DNA of 64,000 nucleotides from positions 43,648,001 through 43,712,000 of the forward strand of contig NC_043009.1 of the NCBI RefSeq assembly GCF_006345805.1, given 5' to 3'. Under the pieces are notes generated by a model. That model did not search any database. It was given only the letters and a program-made list of their open reading frames with translations, and was not told the origin of the DNA. Shown piece after piece: positions 13,130 through 26,988 of the stretch. Position numbers and translations under genes: made by a program. This DNA is from Octopus sinensis. Taxonomy: Eukaryota. Numbering within the stretch: position 1 is the stretch's first letter; each line of letters opens with the position of its first letter.

Positions 13130-13575
13130 ATAATCCTTTCTACTTAAAGCACATGACCTGAAATTTTAGAGGAGGGGTACAGTTGATTGCATTGACCCCA
13201 GTGCATGACTGGTACTTAATTTATTGACACCGAAAGGATGAAGTGCAAAGTCAACCTCAGCGGAATTTGAACTCAGAGCATTAGGACAGACAACATGTCA
13301 CTAAGCGTTTTGCCTGGCTGGCTCCTGCCAACTCGCCACCTTGGCAATAATGATAATAATAATGGTTTCAAATTTTACCTCAAGGACAGCTATTTTGAGG
13401 GAGGGGACAAATCGATTAGCTCGACCCCAGTGTTACACTGGTACTTAATTTATCGACCCTGGAAGGATGAAAAGCAAAGTCAACTTCAGTGGAATTTGAA
13501 CTCAGAACGTAGGGACGGGTGAAATACAGCTAAGCATTTCATCCAGCATGCTAACGATTCTGCCACTTCGCTGCC
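13130..13575 (-). mobile_element. two head-to-tail SINE-B copies separated and flanked by (AAT)n
   Basis: Copies at about 13130-13340 and 13362-13575, each with the central segment and tRNA-like head. Confidence 0.85.
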
Positions 13576-13584
13576 TGAACAATG

Positions 13585-13641
<57 letters not shown>

Positions 13642-14096
13642 GTAGGAAGAAGTATGAGAAACAAAAAGAGACTCTCAGCAAGAATGACTAATCATATGCA
13701 TTTATTGGTTTGAAATGGTTTGTTATTTCCCAGGGCCACCCCCATCAAATCTATCTAAACGACAACAAAATACTTCTAACGACAAGAAAACAGCCGGATG
13801 ATGATGATGATGGTGATCATCATCATCATCATCATAATGAAGAAGAAAAAGGAGAAATGGTGACAAAGAAGCAAAGTCAGGAAAAAGGCCAAGAATTTCA
13901 CAGAATAGTCATTTTATATATGTATGTATGTGTATGTGTGTTTGTAAATGCATATATGTGTGTGTGTGCGGATGTATGTGTATGTGGTCATATGAATTTC
14001 AGTGCAGTTACATAAATCCGCTTATTTTTGTTTACATATATATATATACACATATGTATATATATATATATATATGTGTGTGTATATATATATATA

Positions 14097-14144
<48 letters not shown>

Positions 14145-14980
14145 CATGTATGTATATATATTCAAACATATATATATATATATACACAAACAGTTCAGGA
14201 CATAGTAAAAAGCAAACAGAAAACACATACAAACATGCATGCACACACGCATACACACACAAACATGCATGCACACACACACACACACGCACAGAGTGAA
14301 GAATGTGAAGTACGTCCGGATATGGAATATTGTTCTCGAAAGAAAAATGTTTCAATTGTCTTCCTGCTTCTTTCTTGCTGGACATTCCCTCTCTCTCTCT
14401 CACCCTCACTCTCTCTCTCTCACTCTCACTCTCTTTCTCTCGCTCTCTCTCTCTCTCACTCACTCACTCACCCTGTCTCTCACTCTCTCTCTTTTTTTGT
14501 TTCTGGTGTATTTATTTGTTGATTAATGTTCTCACCACTTTTCTTTGATGCCAAAACACACACAACTGCACTACTAATAAGATGAAGAGGGCATTTCCGC
14601 CAGAGACATCGACAACCATCACCGCCACCACCATCACCACCACTACCACCATCACCACCAATGTCCTTTGTACCATTGCTATCTCGAAACAAGCCTCTAA
14701 TTCTACTTTGATAATAGTTTGGTCCTTTCACATAGGAAAACCCCAACCAGTAAATATGAGTGGAGGAAAGAAAACAGAGGAGGCGGGGGTGGGGGTGTAT
14801 TAGAATGGGAAGTAAAAAGAAAAAAAAGAATATAAATATTTCACTATGGAAATAACTTTGGACTGGACTGGACTGAGCCTGAGAGGAATGTGAGGGGGTG
14901 TAGAGAAAAATGGTGTGTATCGGAAGGTAGTTTCCCAGGAAACCTATAAATAGATATTTATATATATATATATATATCCA

Positions 14981-15011
<31 letters not shown>

Positions 15012-15132
15012 ATATATATATATATATATATTGATGAAAGAAAGCCAGGAAGGTTCCGTCCTGGTTTTGCCTGTCCATCTTTGTATTGTCTATCTGTCCA
15101 TATGTTTTGGGGATTTATATATATATATATAT

Positions 15133-15462
15133 GGTCTAAGTGCTACCCCCCTTCCTGCAATCCTAGAGGAACTTGAGCAGAGAATCATTACCGCACTGGA
15201 AACCATTACCCAAGACATGCTGCAGCGTGTTTGGGAGCAGCTGGACTACCGATTTGACGTGTGCCGTGTCTCAGGCAGTGAGCATATTGAACGTTTGTGA
15301 AATCGTTCATGGAATCCCCATACCTTTGAATTTCTCATTCAGATTTGGAGGAATAAATCTTATGTTTCTCAATATTAAGCCTGTTTAGTTTCATTTACTT
15401 TGAATATATAGTTTCTGTAATATTTACATCTCAAATGATACCAAATATTTTGAAACACCCTG
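15133..15462 (+). mobile_element. Tc1/mariner-superfamily transposon, 3' fragment (transposase C-terminus + right TIR)
   Basis: PLPAILEELEQRIITALETITQDMLQRVWEQLDYRFDVCRVSGSEHIERL* (stop 15298-15300) matches the C-terminal helix motif of Tc1/mariner transposases; ends ...TTTTGAAACACCCTG followed by TA (15463-15464). Confidence 0.85.
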
Positions 15463-15517
15463 TAATATACCACTATGATATCAGAGTCCACTATATGTGT
15501 GTGTGTGTGTCCGTGTG

Positions 15518-15703
15518 TGTGTCCTGCCATTGCATGATAATTGGTGCTAGTTTGTTTATGTTATTGTAACTTAGCAGTTCAACAAAACGGTTTGACAGGA
15601 CAAGTGCCAGGTTTAAAAAAATAATAAGGACTGCACTTGATTTGTTCAACCAAACCCTTCAAGGTGGTACTCCAGCATGGTCGCAGTACACTGACTAAAA
15701 CAG
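15518..15703 (+). mobile_element. SINE family A, decayed A2 module
   Basis: GTAACTTAGCAGTTCAACAAAA...AAGGTGGTACTCCAGCATGGTCGCAGT. Confidence 0.7.
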
Positions 15704-16576
15704 GTGGAAGTAGAGCCAAAAGAAAAAAATGTGTGTATGTGTCTATCATTCTCTGTGTGTGTATATATTCACATACACATATTCACACACACACACACAT
15801 ATATATATACATGCATACATATATATGCTGTGTACTTGCAATGGATTTAGAAGACCTTACAAAACCTCTGAGTATCTCCTGCAGCTTGTGTGTGGAGCGA
15901 AGCATCTGTTATGTTTATTTCACCTATGGTTGAACAAGCTGAAGTTGGAGTCTCAATCAATTTGATCTTGACAATAGATTCAACCCTAGTCTCATAGCAG
16001 AGTCATGCTAACAGTAAATGCTCAGTCGCTCTTGAAAGTCCTTTAAAATAATAGCAGTACTCAGGCATACAGACAAGCTTGCACATAAAAAAAAAAACCG
16101 TTTGTGGTTTCCCCAATTTCATTGCCAAACGAACTTGTAATAACAAATTTTGTCTATGCAATCAGCCTCTGTAAATTTGCAAAGAGACTTAGAAATAAAT
16201 TCATAACTGATAAAAATCACCAATGCTGAAATAAAAACATACGAGGTTATCATGAAATCTACTATGATTTAATATTATATAATTTTAAATTTAATGGATT
16301 TCGGAATGTTATGGTTCTGAATTAAACATGAAAGACTACTAAAAGTAATATGGAAAAATTATTGATAATAAAGATGAAACTAGAACATAACTGTGTTTTA
16401 AATAGAGCATGTTTGAAAGAAAGGTTGTTCCCTATTTAAACACATACACATATACAGCCGTATGCATAAATGGGTGTATGCATATGTGTATATTTATATA
16501 TATATAAACCTATAATAGTCTACCAACTGAGCTATATGGGCAAACACACATACGTTTATATACCTTTATATACATG

Positions 16577-16633
<57 letters not shown>

Positions 16634-16654
16634 GTATCAGTATCCACTACACAT

Positions 16655-16800
16655 TCTTTATATTCTCTCCTTGTTTCTTTCTGTGTTCCTTTCTGTGGAA
16701 GAGCGTAGGCTCGAAACATTAAAGACTTTTTCACTTCCTGAACGTTAAACTAATATATCTGTTTGTTGTCTACACTACCTGTCTTCATCTTTTGTTTTTT
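16655..16800 (+). mobile_element. repeat family H copy, decayed hammerhead motif at 16689-16724
   Basis: CTTT-CTGTGGA-A-GAGC-GTAG-GCTC-GAAA-C-ATT-AAAG; stem II and GAAA intact, core A6 and G16.2 substituted. Confidence 0.6.
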
Positions 16801-17019
16801 TTTAAATTCCCCCCCTATCTATCTATCTATCTATCTCTCTACCTCTCTATGTGTATATAAATACATGCACACACACACATATATTATTCATGTGTATAAT
16901 TGTGTATATAATTGCAGATGTATAGATATACACACACATTTCGTTTTTGCATATATTTACACAAATATATATTCTCACACCTACACACACACATTCACTC
17001 CATATATATATGTATATGT

Positions 17020-17059
<40 letters not shown>

Positions 17060-17733
17060 CCACATGAGGAAATTTGATACAGGCTGGAATTTGATCACAA
17101 TGCTGGTGGTTATGATGAGAGTATTAATGATGATTATGAAGATGATGATGACAACGATGATGATTATGATGGTGTTGGTGTCGGTGTCGGCGGTGATGAT
17201 GCTGTGTACGGAACTTCCGCCCAGCTCGTTATTGTTATAAAGCAAAATCTGTTTGTTTAGAAAGAAAACATATGTGTCATCATTTTGGTGCATCAGTTTA
17301 TTTAGGTATTGTTTACACACTTACCATACCTTTACAAACAATACATGCACACACACACACACACGTATTACTATATGAATAGATGAATCTATATGTCTAT
17401 TTAACTCTGTCTCTGTCTCCTTCTCTCACTCACACTCTCTCTCTCTCTCTCTTTCTGTATGTATATATATATGTGTGTGTGTGCATCTGTTTTTCTCTCT
17501 CACCTTATATATATACATACATATGCATACATATATATATACAAATATATATATATACATATAAATATATATATATATATACACATACATATATATATAT
17601 ATACATACATATACATACATACATATATATATATATATTCATACATATATACATACATATACATACATACATATATAAATACATATATATACATACATAT
17701 ATATATATACATATATATACATACATATATATA

Positions 17734-17787
<54 letters not shown>

Positions 17788-18527
17788 GATATATATACAT
17801 GTATTTATAGATACATATCTATACATATATATATATACACACACACACACATACATATATATATTTAATAGACAGACACTCATCAGTGTCCCATATTAAT
17901 ATTCAACTACCTAAACGCATCCCCCCATCCCTATCTACCTACCCACTCCTCTCAAAGACCACCTCTTCAAACAATTCAAGACCCCTTCACTTAACCGTTC
18001 TTTTAACACCACCATCACTACTGTGGCCACCACTGCCGCTGCCATCGTCGACGACGGACAAAATCGCAATAAAGATTGTCATGCAACGACACAATGTAAA
18101 TAAAATGCCAGCAAAACAAAGAATTACAAAATGCAACACACATACACACACACACACCCCACCTACTCTTTCCTTAAAGTCCCTTCTCCTCCCCGGCTCA
18201 GCATTCCATCCTCGCCATCCTGTTTAGTGTCGAAGAATTTGCTAATTAAATTTCATTCCTGAATTCTTTCTTCATTTCAATATGTTTTTTAGTCTGTTTT
18301 CTTATTCTTAATCTTTGTTCTTTTGTATAGTTGTTGTTGCTATTGTTGTTGTTGTTGTTATAGTTCTTTTATTCCCCACAGATTGCTCCGGAACCAAACT
18401 GTAGATAACCAGTGGTGAAATTCCTCTTTCTTTTTGGACTCTGTTTTATTATTCCTCAGCTCTGACTAAGCAGACATGATCAAAGTGATTCCTCCTGTGA
18501 CCATTCCACCTTTCTCATATACATATA

Positions 18528-18575
<48 letters not shown>

Positions 18576-19139
18576 CACTCATACATATACATACGTATAT
18601 ATATATGTATATACATATACAAATACATATCTATTTATATAGATATGTGTGTGTGCGTATGACATTGTACGACGGCTGTAAACGAAATTCACCTTCATAC
18701 AAGTGGTGTCATTCATTTTGAATATTTCCTCAGAACATGTCCTGCCACAATGAAACATTACTTTCCTTGGAAACAATTGAGTGTTAACAACAGGAAAGGC
18801 ATCCAGTCATAGTCAAATCTACTTTGATAAATTCCACCCGACCCATGCGAGTATGATTAAATGGATGTTGAACCAATGCTGCTGCTGCTGCTGCTGAAGA
18901 TGATGATGATAGCAATTACCATATTTGATAGTATACAAGACATAGATTCTTTTCAAAATCCTGTCCCATAAAAAGTCACCCTGTACCCTATATGTGAAGT
19001 TTTTAATGCACTAAAAACTATTCTGTCTGAATATGTGCTAAGAAAACTGGGTTGCATCCAATATGCTCCGTGTCTTTTAGACCATCAAATTTGCTAAAAT
19101 AATTGATAATTATTTCAACTTTATATTTTGAAGGCCATA

Positions 19140-19290
19140 TAAAGCAGCAAGCCAGCAGAGTCATTAGCATGGTGGACGAAATATTTGGTGGTATTTCATC
19201 TTGACATTACATTCTAAGTTCAATTCTGCCAAGGTCAACTTTTCCTTCCATTCTTTGTGGGGTGGGGTGATAAATTAAGTAACCAGTTGT
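19140..19290 (+). mobile_element. SINE family B
   Basis: TTCTAAGTTCAATTCTGCCAAGGTCAACTTTTCCTTCCATTC...GATAAATTAAGTAACCAGT. Confidence 0.75.
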
Positions 19291-19316
19291 GTATATGTAT
19301 ATATATATGTATATAT

Positions 19317-19422
<106 letters not shown>

Positions 19423-19439
19423 ATATATATATGTATATA

Positions 19440-19494
<55 letters not shown>

Positions 19495-19525
19495 TATATA
19501 TATTGTGTGTGGTGTCTGTGTGTGT

Positions 19526-19772
19526 GGAGGTGCGTGGCTTAGTGGTTAGGGTGTCAGCATCATGATTGTAAGATTGTGGTTTCGATTCCTGGATGGGGCG
19601 ATGTGTTGTGTTCTTGAGCAAAACACTTCATTTCACATTGCTCCAGTCTACTCAGCTGGCAAAAATGAGTAACGCTGCGATGGACTGGCGTCCTGTCCAG
19701 CTGGGGAACACATATGCCATTGAAATCGGGAAACCGGGCCCATGAGCCTGGCTAGGCTTTAAAAGGGCGCAT
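19526..19772 (+). mobile_element. tRNA-headed SINE family C (CORE-like central domain)
   Basis: GGAGGTGCGTGGCTTAGTGGTTAGGGTG (A-box-like), GTTTCGATTCC (B-box-like), TTGAGCAAAACACTTCATTTCAC...CTCAGCTGGCAAAAATGAGTA resembling the CORE motif; tail ends AAAGGGCGCAT. Confidence 0.85.
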
Positions 19773-19867
19773 TTATATATATATGTGTGTACAATGGCAG
19801 TTGGTTGGCTTCTCTGTAAGAAGCACAGGGTTGGTTTTCCAGTTGCTCTAAGATATATATATATTCC

Positions 19868-20045
19868 TCCCTTAATGGGATATCTTTCTATTGTGGGGTT
19901 GTTAATTTTTACCAGTTGAGTGCACTGAGGCAACATGATATAAAGTGTTTTGCTCAAGAACACAAAGCATCACTCAGTCCAGGAATCGAAACCATGACTT
20001 TATGATCATGAATCTAACACTCTAACCATTAAGCCATGCACCTCT
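19868..20045 (-). mobile_element. SINE family C, decayed, inverted relative to 19526-19772
   Basis: GTTTTGCTCAAGAACAC...CCAGGAATCGAAACC...CTAACCATTAAGCCATGCACCTC. Confidence 0.75.
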
Positions 20046-20432
20046 ACACAATAGCAGTAGCCATGTTGGAAATTACCAATCTCAAGAACAGATTCAAAGT
20101 CATAATAAATTCTTTCAGTTTTGCATTTCACACATTAATTCTACCATATGTAGAATTTTAGTTAAACAAATTTAAAATTATACAAAAACTTATAACGATC
20201 ACGTGTGTGTGTGTCTGTGTGTGCGCGTGTACGATTTAACGGAAATGAAATAAAAGAGAAAGAAGAAAAAACATTCTGCAAATTGTATAAAAAGAAAAGT
20301 AAAAATAAGTTGAAATAAATATTTAGAAAAATGAATTTTAAAAAAATTGAGTTTCCATAGAAAATTTGTTATTTTCTCTCATACTTCTTATTCAATTTTC
20401 TCCTGGTATCTAAAGTAAATAATACACGTGCG

Positions 20433-20470
<38 letters not shown>

Positions 20471-21261
20471 TACTAACATGCATATATACATACATACCAG
20501 GATATGCATGTATACGTGCAATCACACATAAAGCGTATACACATACATACACACACATAAATACTGATATGCAAAAAGGTATATATATCTATATATATAT
20601 GTTTATATATATGTATATATATACATACATATATTTGTGTGTGTGTGTGTGTGTGTGTAGTTGGCTCTGATGTTTGGCTGCTTGGCACCAATTAGGGTTT
20701 GGTAAACTGTAAGATGGTGAAAAATTTTTGTCAATGTCCGCGAAAAGTCATTGGGCTCATTCCAGTTTAAAACATGATATGTTCCAACGAAGTAGACAAA
20801 TGATATAACCTTTGTCTTTTCTTACTACACCTATGACCATTCATATATATATATATATATATACCGATATATGTGTCTATATATATATATATATATATAT
20901 GTGCGTGTGTGTGTAAATGTGTGTATATACATATGTAAGCATACAGAGCACACAAACATAAATACATACATACATACATATATATATATATACATACATA
21001 TATATATACAAGCAGACACATATATGTAAGTTTGTAAGCTGAAGTTTGGTAACGAGTGTGTTCTGATGGGTCTTCAATTCATAAAACAAGAAATAAAGAA
21101 AAGCAACAAATGAAGTTAGGGATTGTTTTCCAGTTCTTACCTAAAAACATAACCAGAAATTTTATGACTACATGAAGGGGTGTATATAAGGATTATTGTT
21201 TGTGCATTTGGGTACACACACACAAATATATATATATGCACATATAAATATGTATCAAGGC

Positions 21262-21332
<71 letters not shown>

Positions 21333-21583
21333 ATATGCACAAAAATCTACATACATGCACACATATATATATATCTATCAGCATACACTAACAGGCACAT
21401 ACCTATCTATCTATCTATCTATCTATCTATATATATATCCTTGTGTGTATATCTATCCACTGTTCACTCTTCCACAGTTGATGTGTGTATATGTATATAC
21501 ATACATACATATATATATGTATATATATATATATATATAATATATATATATATAATATATATATATATGTATGTATGTATGTA

Positions 21584-21633
<50 letters not shown>

Positions 21634-22064
21634 CACTCACATATGTATAGATAGATAAGACATACATACATACACATATATATATATATATCGTCAATCT
21701 GATTGATTTTTTTTTTTAGCATTTCCCTGTACCAACTATCATTTGCCAAAAGAGTAACATCTCATTTAGAAGCAACAATAACCGTTTTTCTCTCTTTTCC
21801 AAACTTATTTTTAAATTGCTCAGACAGAATCAATATTTCCTTCCGTAGGTCATCACTGTTTGACCCTTCTAACAGTTCTAGAACATTCTCGGGTTTGGTC
21901 TGGGAATGGCAACCAGCTATTTGACATAGGCCCAGGTCTCTAACCAGACCCTCACACTATGAACATACATGCATACACACATACATACATATACACACAC
22001 GCACACACTTATATATATATATACATATATATATATGTGTGTGTGTGTATGTATGTATAGTTAG

Positions 22065-22205
22065 GTGTGGTTGTGTAGTAAAGACGTTTGTTCACTAGTC
22101 ATATGCCATCAGGTTCAGTCCCACTGCATGGTACCTATTTAGCCCAGGACTGACCAGAGCCTTGTGATTGGATTTCATAGATGGAAACTGAAAGAAGTTC
22201 ATTTG
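22065..22205 (+). mobile_element. SINE family A, A1 module
   Basis: GTTCAGTCCCACTGCATGG...GATGGAAACTGAAAGAAG. Confidence 0.75.
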
Positions 22206-22234
22206 GCGTATATATATATATATATATAATATTC

Positions 22235-22740
22235 CTAGTTAGATGGAAACTGCGGGAACACATGAGGTGCCCTGTGACTCCTATAGTATGCACAGCCGAA
22301 ACCCCTAATAATGGGGTGTTCTGAGAGATGACCTAGATAGATGCATGTAGAATGGCGAAGATGATGAAGGACCGAAATATCTGGTGCCTTGCTATACTCA
22401 AGAAGGCCCGTCCTCTGGCGCAGAAGTGTTAATGCCACTCCCTCAGCTGAAGAACAGTGGCCTGCAAGAGCTCTGTGCTAGCGCCTTTTCTAAAAGCACC
22501 CCTGCCGGCACCATGTAATAGCACCTGTGCTGGCACCCTGCAAAAATGCTTGTGCCAGTGTCACAAAGAAAGCACGCAGCACACTCTGTAAAGTGGTCGG
22601 TGTGAGGAAGGGCATCCATCTGCAAAAACCAAGCCAGATCAGACTGGAAGCTGGTGCAGCTCTTCTGGTTGCCAGCTGTGGTCAAACCATCCAACCCATA
22701 CCAGCATAGAAAACGGACGTTAAAGGTTGATGTTGATGAC
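22235..22740 (+). mobile_element. RTE-clade LINE 3' end (ORF terminus + 3' UTR)
   Basis: Frameshifted WGVLRDDLDRC and AKMMKDRNIWCLAILKKARP (cf. RTE W.EV.R.DL and M..DR..WR.AVL.K) followed by the family-E 3' UTR ending GGACGTTAAAGGTTGATGTTGATGA. Confidence 0.7.
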
Positions 22741-22919
22741 GAACTTGGGTTGATTTTTTAAAAAGTTATTTTTTGAGGATAAAATGGCTTTTATGTCAAA
22801 AACAGTGCATTTCTTCATTCATTTTGCATCTTAGATACTCAGATAAGTTTTGGTCAGATCTGGCCTAACTTAAAGGCACCACCTAGAAAAGGCATTTAAT
22901 GATACTTCATAGAACAGTT

Positions 22920-23375
22920 CAAATTCCGCTGAGGTTGACTTTTCCCTTCAGGGGTCAATGAAATAATTACAAATCCTTTCAGGGTCAATGAAATAAGTAC
23001 CAGTCAAGTACTAGGGTCGATGTAATTGACAAGCACAGCCCCCACCCCCACCCCACAAAATCTCAGGCCTTGTGTCTATAGTAAAAAGGATATTTCATAT
23101 TACAGTCATTCTTTGAGTACCACAGCCCATTCAAGTAAAGAATTATTGTTTGCAGCATTCTACCCAGGTGGAAGTGGTTTAACTGGAATTAGTTGGACCT
23201 AGCATTGGTTAGTAGGGGTATATTATTATAGTACTTTCCACTGAAATCAACTTTGCTTTTCATTTTTTCGGGTGTCAATGAATTAAGTACCAGTTGTGCA
23301 TTCTGATTCTGATCTAATTGAGTAGCACCCACCCCAAAGATTTTGGGCCTTGTGCCTCTAGAGTAGAAAAAATTA
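22920..23375 (+). mobile_element. two SINE-B fragments (about 22920-23090 and 23255-23375)
   Basis: Central segment GGTTGACTTTTCCCTTCAGGGGTCAATG (locally duplicated) and CTCAGGCCTTGTGTCTATAGT tails. Confidence 0.7.
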
Positions 23376-23571
23376 TTGTGGTACTGTTTAACAGCAAGTG
23401 AGAGGTGTCCCTTGTCTCAGTAGAGCGAGGGTATTTGTTTGAGGATTAATCCAAAGGTACTTAGTCATTATAGATCCGTTTGACCGGAATATCAAATAAT
23501 TGGAGCTGACTCAATGAAAGGGGCTATTATATGGTCAGTTATTCAAACTGAAATAGCAGTCTAATATCCCT

Positions 23572-23785
23572 TAATTGTTTAGCATTAAAATTTCTCTGTC
23601 ACATGTAGAGCTTATTTATTCCCATTTTGAATTAATTGTGCATTATCTCATAGCTTCAAAATTTCAATGATGTGATTGTTTATTTCTAGAATGACATTGT
23701 AGGGTAGATGTGAAAGGCCAGATATAACCATTTTGAACACAAAACAGATAGAATATTTGGGCTGGACATGGGTCAGTTTAAATCG
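23572..23785. repeat. unclassified MITE-like repeat family J inserted in a family-D copy
   Basis: Similar in reverse orientation to 30662-30822, which ends GCTAAAGGGGTAA; shared AATGACATTGTAGGGTAGATGTGA segment. Confidence 0.45.
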
Positions 23786-24649
23786 TCCTTAACTCTCATA
23801 GGAAAAGGACAAACTAAATGATGTGACCTTTGATGCATTGTGTTTGAAAAAACAAACAGTATGGTCACAGTTGGATTGTCTTTAGATTAGAGGTGTCCTT
23901 CATCAGGGTTGAACTGGGGTTAATCAGCATTAAGGGCAACAACAGCAATAACAATAATATTGCTATCAATGACAGATTTATTATTACAGCTATGACAAAC
24001 ATAGAAATCAGTATCTATTTATTAGAAAACTTGATTGATAACCTGTTAACAATAATGATTGATTAAAGAGTAAAACAGATCAATAACCTATACATATAAA
24101 ATATCAAACTGAAACGAAGACTCTCAACCGAGGGACATCCACTTGACTCAAATTTACCAATCATGACTCTTATTAATTTTTATATTGGCAACAGACCACA
24201 TGTCTATAACAGAATTTTAGAGTTGATGTAGGAGCAGTATGGTTGAATAGTTAAGAAGTTCATATTGGAATTATGAGGGCAGGTTCTGGTTTCAATCCCA
24301 TTCCATGGCATCTTGGGCAAATGTCATTTTTCCATAACTTTGAGTTGCCTCATTTCTTGTGGGTGAATCTGGGCAGACAGAAACTATATAGAAGTGGGTT
24401 GGTTCCAGAAGGGTTAAATATGAAGATTTTAAATTGGGACATAGGGAAATTTAAAAATTGATAAAAACTTTATCAACAGGCAAATTTGGTTGTAAACCAA
24501 CATTTTGAAATAATCCATATTTTATATACAACTAAAGCATTATAAACTATGAATCCCCTCAACATGTGTAACTCTTATTGGAACAAGAATCTCAATGAAG
24601 GACAACTCCAAAATGATGAGAACAGAAAATATAAAAAGTTCACAGTGTA

Positions 24650-24797
24650 AGCTTGGCTGTGTGGTAAGAAGTTTGCTTCCCAATATCATGGTTCCAGGTT
24701 CAGTCCCACTGTATGGAACCTTGGGTGAATGTCTTTTACTATAACCTCAGGTCATTTAAAGCCTTGTGAGTGGATTTGGTAGATGGAAACCGAAAAA
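24650..24797 (+). mobile_element. SINE family A, A1 module (older copy also at about 24235-24390)
   Basis: GGCTGTGTGGTAAGAAGTTTGCTTCCC...GCCTTGTGAGTGGATTTGGTAGATGGAAACC. Confidence 0.8.
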
Positions 24798-25859
24798 CCT
24801 GTTTTTGAGAGTGTATGAACCTGATCTAAATTCATAATTCCCAGATTCTTTCAGCACATTACACTTTTGATTTGATTCTTCATCATATCCCCTAATTTTT
24901 CTTAACCCTTGGCATTATCCAGACAGGGAGAGAGGAAGCCACTCAAAAATATAGAAGATAATGACACAGGAAATTGGAAAATGTTAATAATACAAGCTAT
25001 ATCTCCTTACAAATGTCTTCCTCCATATGCAATCTACACATGGCAGCAGCAGTGATGATGGTGGTGTGGTGGATGGTTGAGGGATCCACTATGAGACCTG
25101 TCTTACAAGGCATTGGCACAGGTGCTTTTTACACTGCCCCAAAGATCAAAATTAAGATTTTTGAGTTAAAATCTATATTTTTGTAAGCAATATCAAAGAA
25201 TAAAGAATAAAATACTTTCATGTTCGGTTCAGTACCAGTTACTTCATTCACCAAAATGCACATTCTCTCAAATGCTACATTCAACATGATCATCATCATT
25301 TTAATCTTTTAATGTCCGTCTTCCATGCTGGCATGGGTTGGACAGTTGACATAATCCAAGGAGCAAAGAAGTTTTGGTATGGTTTCTACAACTTGAAGCC
25401 CCTCCCAATGCTAATTTAATAAAAACAACAACAGAAATATTGGTTAATATTCCTGTCAACTATTCCTGGTTTATTTTTGGAAAATCTGAGATTTTGGTTT
25501 AGATTCTATCATCATCATCATCATTTAATGTCTGTTTTCCATGCTGGCATGGGTTGGATGGTTTGACAGGAGCTGGCGAGCTGAAAAGCTGCACCAGGTG
25601 CATTTTATTTGGTACTACTATGGGTACATTTTATGTGGTACTGGTACAGGTGATTATTACATGGCACCGAAGTTCAAAATTAAGATTTTAAGTTAAAATC
25701 TATATTTTTATAAGCAATATGAAAAGTAAAAATACTGTGTAAACCCAAAGTGTCTCGAAATCTCATTTTTTTTTTTACCCCATATAATTACTGGTTTTAA
25801 TTTTTATTGGTTCTAACATGGCTGTGATGGAACAACCAAGCTGACCTGAGCCAAGTTTG

Positions 25860-25985
25860 GACCAAAACTATACAGAGGTCCCAACAAACCACTTGAATAC
25901 CAGATATGAAATTTGATCTTCTTAAGATGTCTTGAAGAAGACAAGAAGAGGTGGAGAGGTCGGATGGCAAAGGTGTTGTATAAAT
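25860..25985 (+). mobile_element. possible decayed LINE (RTE-like) ORF terminus
   Basis: ...EEDKKRWRGRMAKVLYK* resembles the A.DR..WR terminal motif; short and frameshifted upstream. Confidence 0.3.
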
Positions 25986-26950
25986 AAATCAATGTTATTT
26001 ATCTCTAAGTCAGCTCTTGTCTCACAAATATAGGGTAGGATCACAGACAATTCATCCATGACCTTCTTGTTTGTTTTTCAATTTTCTTTTGAGCATAGTA
26101 TACCTTGGATTATCATCATCCAATGTGAGTATGATTTTTCCCTTTCTGTTAATTTAAAGACGATTTGAAGGAGAGTTATTTCAACTGCTGTTTCTAGCAG
26201 GGCAAGTGACTGTGTGGAGGCCTCCTTGTTGGCACTTGTTGAATCAGTCAGTGACTTAATGTAAAGTAGTTAGAGCTGTACTTTAAAAAACAAAGAAAAA
26301 AAACGCTCCCCCCCCCCTCTGCCCTGCCACATACACACACTTCCATCCCCATCATGCTGCTCTCCACCCTCACTTGCCCACTTTGGTCTGAAACACTTGA
26401 CAAAGAATACTGCATGATGACGTTGTAAGCCATGACAAAGAACACGATGATGATAATGATGGCGATGATGGTGGTGATGATAATGATGGTAAAGATGAAG
26501 ATGATGGCGGCAGTGATGAGGATGATGATGATGATGGAGGTGGTGATGGTAATGAAGAAGGTGGTTGTGGTGGTGGTTGTGATGATGATGAGAATGAAGA
26601 TGACGATGATGACAATGGCGGTGGTGGTAACGGTGGTATTGGTGAGGAGGTGGTGATGATGATGATGATGGTTCGTGGTAGTGTTGGTGACAATAATGAT
26701 GAGGAGGATAGATGGTGATGACGACAACCATTACGACAGTGAGGATAACTGATGATGATGATGATGTTGATGACATCAATGACAATGAGGTTCAGAATAA
26801 TAGCTATTGAAGTCCTGGGTGGCGTTGGGGGAGTGGGGTGGGGTGGAGTTGCGGGTGGGGGTAGGTGGATGTAACAGGTGACAGGTGGGGATGGGGACGA
26901 CTAAGCACTGCCCCAAGATTCTTGTTGCATTCTAGTTACAATCTTAGCTG

Positions 26951-26988
<38 letters not shown>

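Noticed and set aside
23443-23452. Palindromic K50-homeodomain-like site GGATTAATCC
   Set aside because: Isolated 10-mer with no supporting context.
26099-26130. Apparent micro-exon ending at GTGAGT
   Set aside because: The sequence is part of a reverse-oriented family-D repeat.
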